A stretch of DNA of 64,000 bases from Gemmatimonadales bacterium (lineage in GTDB: Bacteria > Gemmatimonadota > Gemmatimonadetes > Gemmatimonadales > GWC2-71-9), in assembly GCA_037189525.1 (NCBI GenBank), contig JBBCJC010000003.1:576001-640000 (forward strand), read 5' to 3'. The translations under genes and the position numbers were made by a program. Below the pieces are notes generated by a model. The model made no database searches, was not told the DNA's origin, and saw nothing but the letters and a program-made list of their open reading frames with translations. Position 1 is the stretch's first letter, and every line of letters starts with the position of its first letter. Shown in pieces: positions 19,588-29,614 of this stretch.

Positions 19588-20852
19588 GCGATTCCGCGAG
19601 CCCGTTGGTGGAGGCCGTAGAGCTCAGTTACCGCGACGCCCTCGAATTTCTCTTTCCCAGAACGACCGCCATCAAGTTCGGACTCGAGCGCACCGAGCGT
19701 TTACTCGAGGCGCTCGGCAACCCCCATCACGTGATGCCCGTCGTGCATGTCGGCGGGACCAACGGGAAGGGGAGCGTCACGACACTCGTGGTTGCTGCGC
19801 TGGCGGCGGCCGGGTGGCGGGTCGGGACCTATACGTCGCCGCATCTGGTCGATTTCCGTGAGCGGGTTACCGTGGACGGAGTGCCGATCTCGGAAGCTGC
19901 CGTCGCGATGTGGACCAACCGGCTGCGTGCCCTCATCGAGACCGAAGGCGCCACCTTTTTCGAAGCGACCACCGCGATTGCCTTTGCGGACCTGGCGGCG
20001 CGCGGGGCCGAGATTGCGGTGATCGAGGTCGGACTGGGTGGCCGGCTGGACAGCACCAACGTGGTTCGGCCGCTGGTGAGCGGAGTCACCAAGATCGCAA
20101 TGGACCACCAGAAGTACCTGGGCGACACGCTCGACCGGATTGCCGCGGAGAAGGCGTGGATTGCCAAGCCCGGGGCGCCGTTCGTCATCGGCGAAGAGGA
20201 CCCGGCGGTGATCGCCGTGCTGGAATCGGAAGCTGCCCGGGCGGTTCAATCTCTCGATCCCGCAGCGCGGCCCGACCTGCGGCTGGTGCCCGCCGGAGCG
20301 GTGTGGGAGGGGCCGCTGGGCCTGGCAGGCCCGCATCAGCGGCGCAACGCGGCGGTGGCAGCTGCCATGCTGGCTGCCCTGCCGGAGCCCTACCGCCCCA
20401 CCGCCCAGGCGACCGCCGAGGGGTTTGGGTCGGCGTTCGTGCCAGGCCGACTCGACCGGCGGGGAAAGTGGCTCTTCGACGTGGCGCACAATCCGGACGG
20501 GGTCCGGGCGTTGGTGCGGGCGCTCGAGGATCAGGGTCCGCCCAAGCCGATCCATGCCCTGGTCTCGATCCTGGGTGACAAGGAGTGGCCGGCCATGTTG
20601 GTCGAGCTCGACCGCGTCATCGATCAGGGCGTCCTCACGGTCGCGCCGTCGGCCGACACCCGGAAGTGGGATCTGGACTGGCTCCGCGCCTGGCTCGAAC
20701 GGTCGGATCGGCCGTCGCCGCACGCCCGCTGGCGGCTGATCGAGGACTTTCCGGCGGCGCTGGCGGAGGTCCAGCAGGGTGCCGGAACGGTGCTGGTCAC
20801 CGGCTCGTTTCACACCGTGGGCGACGTCATGGCGGCGCTGGGTTTCGCCTGA
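19584..20852 (+). CDS. folC: Bifunctional folylpolyglutamate/dihydrofolate synthase
   Basis: HVGGTNGKGS, TSPHL, EVGLGGRLDSTN and DVAHNPDG. Confidence 0.94.
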   Translation: MSDSASPLVEAVELSYRDALEFLFPRTTAIKFGLERTERLLEALGNPHHVMPVVHVGGTNGKGSVTTLVVAALAAAGWRVGTYTSPHLVDFRERVTVDGVPISEAAVAMWTNRLRALIETEGATFFEATTAIAFADLAARGAEIAVIEVGLGGRLDSTNVVRPLVSGVTKIAMDHQKYLGDTLDRIAAEKAWIAKPGAPFVIGEEDPAVIAVLESEAARAVQSLDPAARPDLRLVPAGAVWEGPLGLAGPHQRRNAAVAAAMLAALPEPYRPTAQATAEGFGSAFVPGRLDRRGKWLFDVAHNPDGVRALVRALEDQGPPKPIHALVSILGDKEWPAMLVELDRVIDQGVLTVAPSADTRKWDLDWLRAWLERSDRPSPHARWRLIEDFPAALAEVQQGAGTVLVTGSFHTVGDVMAALGFA

Positions 20853-20896
20853 TCGAGCGCCGTCCATAACCGGGGGGCCCCCGTCTATATTGGGGC

Positions 20897-22210
20897 ATGG
20901 CGATTCAGGCCCTCCCCGGTTTCCGTGACTTCCATCCAGATGATCTCGCCGCTCGGTCGCACCTCTTCGGGGCGATGCGGCGCGTGGCCTTACGGTACGG
21001 CTTTCAGGAGTACGACGGCCCGCCGCTCGAGTCGCTGGAGCTCTATACCCGGAAGAGCGGGGATGAGATCGTCGGCCAGCTCTACAATTTCCGGGACAAG
21101 GGCGATCGGGAGGTTGCGCTCCGGCCGGAGATGACCCCGACGCTGGCCCGGATGGTGGCGCCCAAAGCGGGCGCCCTCAAGAAGCCGATCCGGTGGTTCT
21201 CGATCCCGCAGCTGTTCCGCTACGAACGGCAGCAGCGCGGTCGTCTCCGGGAGCATTTCCAGCTCAACTGCGATCTGATCGGCGAGGCCGGTCCGCTGGC
21301 CGACGCCGAGATCGTGGCCCTCTGCATCGACGTGATGCGGGAACTGGGCCTGACCGAGGCCGACGTGCGGGTGCGGATTTCCGATCGGCGTCTGTTGACG
21401 GGGATCCTGACCCAACTCGGCCTCACGGATGCGCAGCGGACGCTGGCGTTTCAGGCGCTCGACAAGCTCGGGCGGAGTGAGTACGCTGCGCGGGAGGCGG
21501 CCCTCCGCACTGCCGGCGTCGGCGACGCGGTGCTCGAGCGGCTGGCGGGGCTTGCCGCCATTACGAGTTGGGACGCCCTCGACGCGGCATTTCCGGAGCT
21601 GGGTGCGGACGCGGCACCGCTCCGCGCCAGCTGGCAGGCGCTCGAGGCCATGGGACTCGGCGGATTCCTCGATCTCGATCTGACGATCGTGCGGGGGCTC
21701 GCGTACTACACGGGTACGGTCTTCGAGTTGTTCGATGCCCAGCGGTCGCTGCGCGCCATCTGCGGCGGCGGGCGATACGACAATCTGCTGCAGGCCTTGG
21801 GCGGGGTCGATTTGCCGGCGCTCGGTTTCGGGATGGGCGATGTCGTCTTGGGAGAATTGCTGCGCGAACGCGGGCTCCTGCCGGGGGCGCCGGCCAGCGC
21901 GGATGTCTTCGTGGCCCAGGTCACTCCGGACGACCGCCCGCATGTGCTGGCGCTGACCCATCAGCTCCGGGATGCCGGGTTCCGGGTGGAGTTCCCGTTT
22001 GCGGAGCAGGCGATTGGCAAACAGCTCAAACTGGCCGACGCGCGTGGCGCGCGGGCCGTGGTGGTAATCGGGCCCGATGACCGGGCTCGTGGACACGTGA
22101 TACTCAAGGACCTGTCGGCAGGGTCGCAGCTGGCCGTCGAGCCGGCCCGCCTGCCGGACGCACTCGATCACATGGGTATTTCCAGGGTCGCAGCTCGGCT
22201 CGAGAGATAA
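20897..22210 (+). CDS. hisS: Histidine--tRNA ligase
   Basis: LRPEMT, FRYERQQRGRLREH, RGLAYYTG and GGGRYD. Confidence 0.96.
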   Translation: MAIQALPGFRDFHPDDLAARSHLFGAMRRVALRYGFQEYDGPPLESLELYTRKSGDEIVGQLYNFRDKGDREVALRPEMTPTLARMVAPKAGALKKPIRWFSIPQLFRYERQQRGRLREHFQLNCDLIGEAGPLADAEIVALCIDVMRELGLTEADVRVRISDRRLLTGILTQLGLTDAQRTLAFQALDKLGRSEYAAREAALRTAGVGDAVLERLAGLAAITSWDALDAAFPELGADAAPLRASWQALEAMGLGGFLDLDLTIVRGLAYYTGTVFELFDAQRSLRAICGGGRYDNLLQALGGVDLPALGFGMGDVVLGELLRERGLLPGAPASADVFVAQVTPDDRPHVLALTHQLRDAGFRVEFPFAEQAIGKQLKLADARGARAVVVIGPDDRARGHVILKDLSAGSQLAVEPARLPDALDHMGISRVAARLER

Positions 22211-22219
22211 GGAATCGTC

Positions 22220-23671
22220 ATGTCGGACAACAAAGCACTCACGACGCGGGCGCAGGACTTCAGCGCCTGGTACAACGAACTGATCGCCCGCGCCGAACTG
22301 GCGGACTACAGCCCGGTACGCGGCTGTATGGTGATTCGTCCGAACGGGTTTGCGATCTGGGAGCACATGCAGTTGGCGCTCGACCGGATGTTCAAAGACA
22401 CCGGCGTGCAGAATGCGTACTTCCCGCTCTTCATTCCGCAGAGCTTCCTGGCCAAGGAAGCCGAGCACGTCGAGGGCTTTGCGCCGGAAACCGCGGTCGT
22501 CACGCATGGCGGTGGTAAGGAACTCGAGGAGCCGCTGGTGGTCCGGCCGACCTCGGAAACGATCATCGGGTCGATGATGGCCAAGTGGATTCAGAGCCAT
22601 CGGGATCTCCCGATGCTGCTGAATCAGTGGTGCAACGTGGTGCGTTGGGAAATGCGGACCCGGCTCTTCCTGCGCACCACCGAGTTCCTCTGGCAGGAAG
22701 GGCATACGGCCCATGCCACCGAGGCGGACGCCGAGGCACGGACGCTCGAGATGCTGCAGGTGTATCGGCGGTTCCAGGAGGATTATCTCGCCATTCCGGT
22801 CATCTCGGGGCGGAAGAGCGAAAGCGAGAAGTTCGCGGGGGCGCTGCGCACCTACGCGCTCGAAGGCCTGATGCAGGACAACAAAGCCCTCCAGCTGGCG
22901 ACCAGCCATAATCTCGGGCAGAACTTTGCCAAGGCGTTCGACATCACGTATCAGACTGCGGACGGCGGTCTCGAACACGTCTGGAATACGTCGTGGGGCT
23001 CCTCGACCCGGATGATCGGTGGCATGATCATGGCGCACAGCGACGATGCCGGCTTCGTCTGTCCGCCTCGGCTGGCGCAGTGGCAGGTGGTGATCGTGCC
23101 GATCTACAAGACCGATGCGGAGCGAGTGACGGTATTCGAGGCTGCGACCCGGCTGGCTGCCGAGCTCAAGGCGCAGGAGCTGCGCGTCATGGTCGATATC
23201 CGAGAGGGGATCAAGCCGGGCGCCAAGTACTACGAGTGGGAAGGACGCGGGGTGCCGTTCCGGATCGAGATCGGTCCTCGCGATCTCACCACCAACTCGG
23301 TCATGCTCGCTCGGCGCGCAGGCGGGCCCAAGGCATCGTTTCCTCTCGCGGGACTCGGCGGGCGTCTGCATGGCGAGATCGATGCCATGCAGCGGGCGCT
23401 GCTCGATACGGCGCGGACCCGACGGGAGGCCAACACGCTGCGTGGCCCCAAGAGCAAGCAGGAGTTCATCGACTACCTGGAAAGCGGTGGCGGAATGGTC
23501 TACGCCGGTTGGTGCGGAAGCCCGGCCGTCGAGGCCGAGATCAAGGAAGCGACCAAGGCCACCATTCGGGTCATTCCGGACCCGGAGTTCCGGTCGGCCA
23601 CGCCGCCCTCTACCTGCATCTGGACCGGCGAGCGCGCCGTGTCCGAAGTCGTGTTTGCGAGGGCCTATTGA
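22220..23671 (+). CDS. proS: Proline--tRNA ligase (archaeal/eukaryote-like type)
   Basis: RPTSET, RWEMRTRLFLRTTEFLWQEGH, SWGSSTR, C-terminal FARAY. Confidence 0.96.
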   Translation: MSDNKALTTRAQDFSAWYNELIARAELADYSPVRGCMVIRPNGFAIWEHMQLALDRMFKDTGVQNAYFPLFIPQSFLAKEAEHVEGFAPETAVVTHGGGKELEEPLVVRPTSETIIGSMMAKWIQSHRDLPMLLNQWCNVVRWEMRTRLFLRTTEFLWQEGHTAHATEADAEARTLEMLQVYRRFQEDYLAIPVISGRKSESEKFAGALRTYALEGLMQDNKALQLATSHNLGQNFAKAFDITYQTADGGLEHVWNTSWGSSTRMIGGMIMAHSDDAGFVCPPRLAQWQVVIVPIYKTDAERVTVFEAATRLAAELKAQELRVMVDIREGIKPGAKYYEWEGRGVPFRIEIGPRDLTTNSVMLARRAGGPKASFPLAGLGGRLHGEIDAMQRALLDTARTRREANTLRGPKSKQEFIDYLESGGGMVYAGWCGSPAVEAEIKEATKATIRVIPDPEFRSATPPSTCIWTGERAVSEVVFARAY

Positions 23672-24999
23672 GCACACCGATTGTCCGCAACACCGGCGCC
23701 CAGGCGCCGGCCGATCCGATGCCGCTGTTTGCGGACGCCGGTCTGGAACGTGACGGGCACGGCGTCCTGCGCATGGATGGCGTGGCGCTCGACTCGATTG
23801 CGGCCGATGTCGGAACCCCGACCTACGTCTATCACGCTGCGCCGATTCGGGAGCGCTTTCAGGCCCTGACATCGGCGTTTCGTGACATTCCCCACGAGAT
23901 TCACTTCGCGGTCAAAGCGAACTCGAATCTTGCCGTCCTGCATCTGCTCAAAGAACTCGGGGCCGGCGCCGACATCGTATCGGGAGGCGAACTCCAGCGG
24001 GCGTTGCGCGCTGGTTTCGATCCCGGCTTGATCGTGTTCAGCGGGGTCGGGAAGTCGGAGGAGGAACTCGAAGCGGCCGTGGCGGCGCAGATCGGAAGCA
24101 TCAACATCGAAGCGCCCGAAGAGATGACGGTGCTCGAACGGATTGCCGCTCGCCGATCCGATCCGACGCCGATCCGGCTGGGCATTCGGGTCAATCCCGA
24201 TGTGGCGGCCGAGACCCATCCGTACATTTCGACCGGTATGGGCGGGATCAAGTTCGGGGTTCCGGCCGAACAGGTACCGGCGCTTGCCAAGCGGATTGCC
24301 GCCAATCCGCGGTTCACGCTGGTCAGCATTGCGATGCACCTGGGCAGCCAGTTGCTCGATCCGGCCCCGTTCGCCAGCGGAGCTGCCAAGCTGACTCAGC
24401 TGCTCGACCAGCTGGTTGCCCTTGGTATCACGACGATCACCACGCTCGATGCCGGCGGTGGGTTGGGCATTCGATATCGGGACGAAACGCCGCTCAGTCC
24501 AGAGGCGCTTGCCGCGCAGCTCCGGCCCATCGTAGCCGGACGCGGGCTCACGCTGCATCTCGAGCCGGGGCGCTTTCTCGTGGGCAGCGCGGGTGTGCTG
24601 CTCACCGAGGTGCTCTATCGGAAGCGATCGGGTGGTAAAGATTTCGTCATCGTCGACGCCTCGATGACGGATCTGGTGCGCCCGAGCCACTATCAGGCCT
24701 ACCACGCCATGGTCGAAACGACCCGCCGTCATCCGGGCGGCATCGTGGCTGATGTGGTCGGTCCGGTCTGCGAAACCGGCGACTTCCTGGCGCTCGATCG
24801 TGCGCTTCCCGACGTGCAGCCGGGCGAGCGGATCGCGATTCTCTGTGCCGGAGCCTATGGCGCCGTAATGTCCTCCAACTACAACACCAGGCCCCGGGCG
24901 CCGGAGGTGCTGGTCGATCGCGGCCGGTACGCCGTTGCCCGCCCGCGTGAGACGATCGACGCGCTATTCCGCGACGAGATCGTCGAGCCGTTACCGTAA
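23668..24999 (+). CDS. lysA: Diaminopimelate decarboxylase (start may be ATG 23719)
   Basis: [23 protein letters not shown] and GAYG...SNYN. Confidence 0.94.
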   Translation: MSTPIVRNTGAQAPADPMPLFADAGLERDGHGVLRMDGVALDSIAADVGTPTYVYHAAPIRERFQALTSAFRDIPHEIHFAVKANSNLAVLHLLKELGAGADIVSGGELQRALRAGFDPGLIVFSGVGKSEEELEAAVAAQIGSINIEAPEEMTVLERIAARRSDPTPIRLGIRVNPDVAAETHPYISTGMGGIKFGVPAEQVPALAKRIAANPRFTLVSIAMHLGSQLLDPAPFASGAAKLTQLLDQLVALGITTITTLDAGGGLGIRYRDETPLSPEALAAQLRPIVAGRGLTLHLEPGRFLVGSAGVLLTEVLYRKRSGGKDFVIVDASMTDLVRPSHYQAYHAMVETTRRHPGGIVADVVGPVCETGDFLALDRALPDVQPGERIAILCAGAYGAVMSSNYNTRPRAPEVLVDRGRYAVARPRETIDALFRDEIVEPLP

Positions 25000-25009
25000 C
25001 AGGTTGCCC

Positions 25010-26560
25010 GTGAGCAAGAACGCAATTCTCATCCTGGACTTCGGGTCCCAGTTCACGCAGCTGATTGCGCGCCGGGTCCGCGAGGCGCACGTCTATTGCG
25101 AAATCCATCCGCCGACGCGCTCGCTCGAGTGGATCAAGGCCTGGAATCCAAAGGGGATCATCCTTTCCGGCGGGCCCAACTCGGTCTACGACGAGGGAGC
25201 GCCGACTGCTCCGCAGAATCTGCTCGACCTCGATGTTCCGGTGCTTGGCCTCTGCTACGGGATGCAGATCATGGCGCAGCTGGCGGGCGGCACGGTGGTG
25301 CCGGCCGGCCGGCGGGAGTATGGCCGGGCGCAGATCACGGTGCAGGGTGGCAAGCTGTTTGGCGGTTTCCATGCCGGTGAAGGCACCACGGTGTGGATGA
25401 GCCACGGCGATCACGTCGATGCGGTGCCGCCCGGGTATCGCCTGACGGCGTCGAGTGACAATTGCCCGATTGCGGGTATCGAGCACGAGCAGAAGCCCTG
25501 GTATGCGGTCCAGTTCCATCCGGAGGTGGCGCATACGGCCCGGGGCGGGGAAATCCTGAACGCCTTTCTGTTCGACATCTGCGCCTGCACGCCGGATTGG
25601 ACTTCGGCGCATTTCATCGAGACCGAGGTCGCCAAGGTTCGGGCGCAGACGGGGGAGACGGCGCGCGTCATCTGCGGCCTGTCGGGTGGGGTCGATTCGG
25701 CGGTGGCGGCGGCGCTGGTGCACCGAGCCGTTGGCGACCGACTCACCTGCATCTTCGTCGATCACGGCCTCTTGCGTCTGCATGAGCGCGAGCAGGTCGA
25801 ACAGACCTTTCGCCGCCACTTAGGGATAGATCTCCGCGTCGTCGACGCGAGCGAACAGTTTCTCGGCCTCTTGGCCGGAGTGACGGATCCCGAGCAGAAA
25901 CGGCGGATCATCGGCCATACCTTCATCGATGTCTTCGAGCAGGCGGCCAAAGAAGTTGGCGAGGGCGTCGGGTTTCTGGTGCAGGGCACGCTCTATCCCG
26001 ACGTGATCGAATCGGTGTCGCCGACGGGCGGCCCTTCGGTGACGATCAAGAGTCATCACAACGTGGGCGGCTTGCCCGAGCGGCTGCCGTTCAAGCTGGT
26101 CGAGCCGCTCCGCGAGCTCTTCAAGGATGAAGTCCGCTCGGTGGGCAGAGAACTGGGCCTGCCTGAGGAGATCGTCGGGCGGCATCCGTTTCCGGGGCCG
26201 GGCCTCGCCATCCGGATTTTGGGGGACATCACTCGGCCCTCGCTCGATACGCTCCGCCAGGCCGACGCGATCTATCTCGAGGAGATTCGCGCCGCCGGAC
26301 TCTACGATGACATCTGGCAGGCCTTTGCAGTGCTGCTGCCGATCCGCTCGGTCGGTGTGCAGGGTGACGGCCGGACCTACGATCAGGTGGTCGCCCTCCG
26401 CGCGGTGACCAGCCGCGACGGTATGACGGCGGATTGGTACCCGTTCCCGCCGGAAGTCATGGGCCGGATCTCCAATCGGATTGCCAACGAGGTCCGCGGC
26501 GTCAATCGGGTCGTCTACGACGTGAGTTCCAAGCCGCCGGCCACGATCGAGTGGGAGTGA
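25010..26560 (+). CDS. guaA: GMP synthase (glutamine-hydrolysing)
   Basis: [34 protein letters not shown] and KPPATIEWE. Confidence 0.97.
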   Translation: MSKNAILILDFGSQFTQLIARRVREAHVYCEIHPPTRSLEWIKAWNPKGIILSGGPNSVYDEGAPTAPQNLLDLDVPVLGLCYGMQIMAQLAGGTVVPAGRREYGRAQITVQGGKLFGGFHAGEGTTVWMSHGDHVDAVPPGYRLTASSDNCPIAGIEHEQKPWYAVQFHPEVAHTARGGEILNAFLFDICACTPDWTSAHFIETEVAKVRAQTGETARVICGLSGGVDSAVAAALVHRAVGDRLTCIFVDHGLLRLHEREQVEQTFRRHLGIDLRVVDASEQFLGLLAGVTDPEQKRRIIGHTFIDVFEQAAKEVGEGVGFLVQGTLYPDVIESVSPTGGPSVTIKSHHNVGGLPERLPFKLVEPLRELFKDEVRSVGRELGLPEEIVGRHPFPGPGLAIRILGDITRPSLDTLRQADAIYLEEIRAAGLYDDIWQAFAVLLPIRSVGVQGDGRTYDQVVALRAVTSRDGMTADWYPFPPEVMGRISNRIANEVRGVNRVVYDVSSKPPATIEWE

Positions 26561-26665
26561 CGCCGCTCATCGAGACTGTCCGGACGTAGGTTCTGCGGAG
26601 CCGGCGTCAGACTTCATTGCGGTCACGCCGGTACTGTCCCCTCGGTACGAGGCAACGTCGGTGAA

Positions 26666-27448
26666 ATGACTCCGAGAGCGGAGAACGCAGGCGATCTGCG
26701 TGTCCTGGTGACGGCCGCCGGCGGTGGCCTCGGCCGGGTCGTGGCAACCCGATTCCGCCTGGCTGGTGCGCAGGTCGTGGCGTGTGACATCGACCGGCCG
26801 GCGATCGAGTCGCTCGTTGCGGAGACCGGGGCCATCGGGCTCGCCGCCGATGCCGGCATCGAGGCGGCGGTACGGTCGATCTTCGAGGTCGTCGATGACC
26901 GGCTGGGCGGGCTCGATGTGCTGGTCAACAACGTCGGTATCGCCGGTCCAACGGCCGCTGCCGAGGACGTGGCGCTCGAGCAGTGGGAAAGTTGTCTCCG
27001 CGCCAACCTGACCAGTCATTTCCTGTTTGCCCGCGCCGCCATTCCCGGCATGAAACGGCAGGGCAGCGGGCTCATCGTCAATATTTCCTCGGGCAGTGCC
27101 AAGGTCGGCTTGCCGCTCCGGCTGCCGTATGTCGTGTCGAAAGGCGCGGTGTTGAGCCTGACGACCAACCTGGCCCGCGAACTCGGTCCTTTCGGCATTC
27201 GGGTCAACGCCATCCTTCCCGGCGCCATTCGCGGCCCAAGAATCGAGCGTGTCGTCGCCGCGAAAGCGGAGGCGCTCGGCGTGCCGGCGGCCGAGTATGA
27301 GCGGTCGCTGCTGCGCTACATCTCGATGCGGACCATGGTCGAGCCCGATGATATCGCCGCCATGATCGAGTTCCTGGCCTCGCCCGCGGGGAGCCGGATC
27401 TCGGGGCAGCTGATCGGTGTCGACGGCAATGTGGAATGGGAGGAATAG
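26666..27448 (+). CDS. Short-chain dehydrogenase/reductase
   Basis: TAAGGGLG, NNVG, YVVSK and VNAILPG. Confidence 0.88.
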   Translation: MTPRAENAGDLRVLVTAAGGGLGRVVATRFRLAGAQVVACDIDRPAIESLVAETGAIGLAADAGIEAAVRSIFEVVDDRLGGLDVLVNNVGIAGPTAAAEDVALEQWESCLRANLTSHFLFARAAIPGMKRQGSGLIVNISSGSAKVGLPLRLPYVVSKGAVLSLTTNLARELGPFGIRVNAILPGAIRGPRIERVVAAKAEALGVPAAEYERSLLRYISMRTMVEPDDIAAMIEFLASPAGSRISGQLIGVDGNVEWEE

Positions 27449-27619
27449 GGTGGGGACGCTGACCTGCTGCCGGTCCCCCACTGAGCCGCCCGCGTAGAAC
27501 CTACGGGATTGTCCTGATTCAACGAGACAACCGTCAGCCGGCTGTGTCGCCCCCCCTCATAGTTGTGATGTACCGTCCTGCTGGAGACGCTGCGGTACCG
27601 CCCGGACCGAGGTGATTGA

Positions 27620-28072
27620 CTAAGCGGTCTTGAGATCCAGAAGGTCCAGGAACTCGTCGGTCGACGTGAGGCGGCTCAGCCGGAGCGGGACTTCGGGGTC
27701 TTTGGCAAGCTGCGCAATCTTCCCGAGCACCGGCAGGTACTGGTTGGCGACCTCGGAGGGAGGAGCGACGATCAGGAACACGTTGTTGACGATCTTCTGA
27801 TCGATGGAATTGAAGTCGATCCCGCTCTGATGCCGGCCAAAAGCGACCCGAAGCCGGTTCACGGCAAGCGTGCGACAGTGGGGCACCGCCACGCCCCGTC
27901 CGATCCCGGTCGACCCCAACTGCTCTCGGCGCTGGACCAGCCGCAACACGGTGCCGTGCGAACGGGGATCGATGCCGAGGAGATGCACCATCTCTGCCAG
28001 CACCGCATCCTTGTCGGTACCGTGGAGGTCGAGCGAAATTGCTCGAGCATCGAAAAAGTCGCGCAGTCGCAT
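27620..28072 (-). CDS. PTS EIIA component (Fru/Ntr type)
   Basis: REQLGSTGIGRGVAVPH containing the phospho-acceptor His. Confidence 0.9.
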   Translation of the reverse strand: MRLRDFFDARAISLDLHGTDKDAVLAEMVHLLGIDPRSHGTVLRLVQRREQLGSTGIGRGVAVPHCRTLAVNRLRVAFGRHQSGIDFNSIDQKIVNNVFLIVAPPSEVANQYLPVLGKIAQLAKDPEVPLRLSRLTSTDEFLDLLDLKTA

Positions 28073-28180
28073 GCGGGGGGAAGTCTATGATTTCGACCGG
28101 AAATCCGGTAGGGTCATCGGCCGTATCCTGCGCACATCCTGCTGGTCGTTACAGTCGCACCCTTAGCCACCGAGGATTCC

Positions 28181-28567
28181 ATGGCGCTCTCTGCCGCGCA
28201 GTCGCTGAGTCTCGTTCGTCGGATCGTGGCTGCAATACTGCTGATTCACGGTGTGGCCCGGATTGCGCACGGCGGAGTGGCGGGGTTTGGCGAGTTTCTC
28301 AACGGGCAGGGCATCCCGCTGGGCAATTGGTTGGCCTGGGCGATCTCGATCTTCGAGGTCGCGGGTGGTATCGCGCTGTTCCTCGGCCGGTTCGTGCGAC
28401 CGGTGGCCTGGATCTTTGCCGTGCAGTTGGCGGCAGGGATTGCGCTGGTCCATGCTCGTGAAGGATGGTTCGTGGTGGGTCTGGGGCGGAATGGGGTGGA
28501 ATTCAGCGTACTCCTGATCGGCTGCCTCGTCGCCCTGGCGCTGGCTCAGGAGCCGACTCGCAAGTAG
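28181..28567 (+). CDS. DoxX family membrane protein
   Basis: R...LIHG, FEVAGG, LVH and GVEF pattern; GAGGA SD. Confidence 0.85.
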   Translation: MALSAAQSLSLVRRIVAAILLIHGVARIAHGGVAGFGEFLNGQGIPLGNWLAWAISIFEVAGGIALFLGRFVRPVAWIFAVQLAAGIALVHAREGWFVVGLGRNGVEFSVLLIGCLVALALAQEPTRK

Positions 28568-28576
28568 TTTTAAGCC

Positions 28577-29560
28577 ATGCGGTTACCGTACGCCACCTCG
28601 ATCGAGACCCCGTTGATCCTGGCCCCCATGGCCGGGGTCTCGGAGGCGCCCTTCCGGCAGATTTGCCGGCAGTTCGGCGCGGATGTCCTGATGACCGAGT
28701 TCCTGGCGGCCGAGGCCATCCGCCGGGGCATTCGCGCCACGCTGGAAGGCTGCGAGTTCGAGTCGATCGAACGTCCGCTCGGCGTGCAGATCTACGGGGC
28801 GGATCCGGACGCGATGGCCCGCGCCGCCGAAATCGTAACCGCAGAGTATGCGCCCGACTTCATCGACATCAACTTCGGGTGTCCGGTCAAGAAGGTGGTG
28901 CAACGGAACGGCGGGTCGGGCTGCCTCCGCGACATGGACCTGGTGACCAAGATCATCCGGGCCGTGGTGCGCGCGACCCAGTTGCCGGTCACGGTCAAGA
29001 CGCGGAGCGGCTGGAGCGAGGATTCCCGTCAGCCGGTCGAGATTGCCCTTCGGATGCAGGACGCCGGCGCCAAGGCTTTTACGCTGCATGCGCGGACCCG
29101 GACCCAGATGTTTTCGGGCAACGCCAACTGGGACGAGATTGCGCGCGTCGTCGAAGCGCTCGAGATCCCGGTCATCGGCAACGGCGACATCGAATCGCCG
29201 GCCGACCTGGTGCGGATGAAGGAACATACCGGTTGCGCAGCAATCATGATCGGGCGCGGGTCGTTCGGCAATCCGTGGCTGTTCGAACAGGGCAGGGCGC
29301 TCCTCGACGGCGCCGCCGACTTCCGGCGTCCGTCGCCGGCGGAACGGTTCGAGGTCGCGCTGCGCCATGCCGAGCTGGCGCTCAGGCTCCAGGGCGATTC
29401 GCGCCGAACGGTCATCGAGTTCCGGAAGCACCTGGGCTGGTACACCAAGGGGCTGCCGCAGGCATCGTCCCTTCGCGAACGTCTCTTCCAGGTCGAGACC
29501 ATGTCCGCAGCCGAAGCGATCTTTCGCGAGTATCTTGAGGCAAGTACCATAGGCGTCTGA
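28577..29560 (+). CDS. dusB: tRNA dihydrouridine synthase DusB
   Basis: LAPMAGVS, DINFGCP, HARTR, GNGDI and MIGRG. Confidence 0.93.
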   Translation: MRLPYATSIETPLILAPMAGVSEAPFRQICRQFGADVLMTEFLAAEAIRRGIRATLEGCEFESIERPLGVQIYGADPDAMARAAEIVTAEYAPDFIDINFGCPVKKVVQRNGGSGCLRDMDLVTKIIRAVVRATQLPVTVKTRSGWSEDSRQPVEIALRMQDAGAKAFTLHARTRTQMFSGNANWDEIARVVEALEIPVIGNGDIESPADLVRMKEHTGCAAIMIGRGSFGNPWLFEQGRALLDGAADFRRPSPAERFEVALRHAELALRLQGDSRRTVIEFRKHLGWYTKGLPQASSLRERLFQVETMSAAEAIFREYLEASTIGV

Positions 29561-29614
29561 TCGATTCCGTCCGGTACGGTTCTCCTCTTTCCGATGACAT
29601 CTAAGGAGCGCTCG

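Noticed and set aside
22993..23667. Long N-terminal extensions on lysA, and likewise dut, purK, ppdK, purC, purB, htrA, lexA and the YqeK-like gene
   Set aside because: They overlap upstream genes or promoters and are low-complexity. Downstream starts with an SD or coupled stop fit the usual family lengths.
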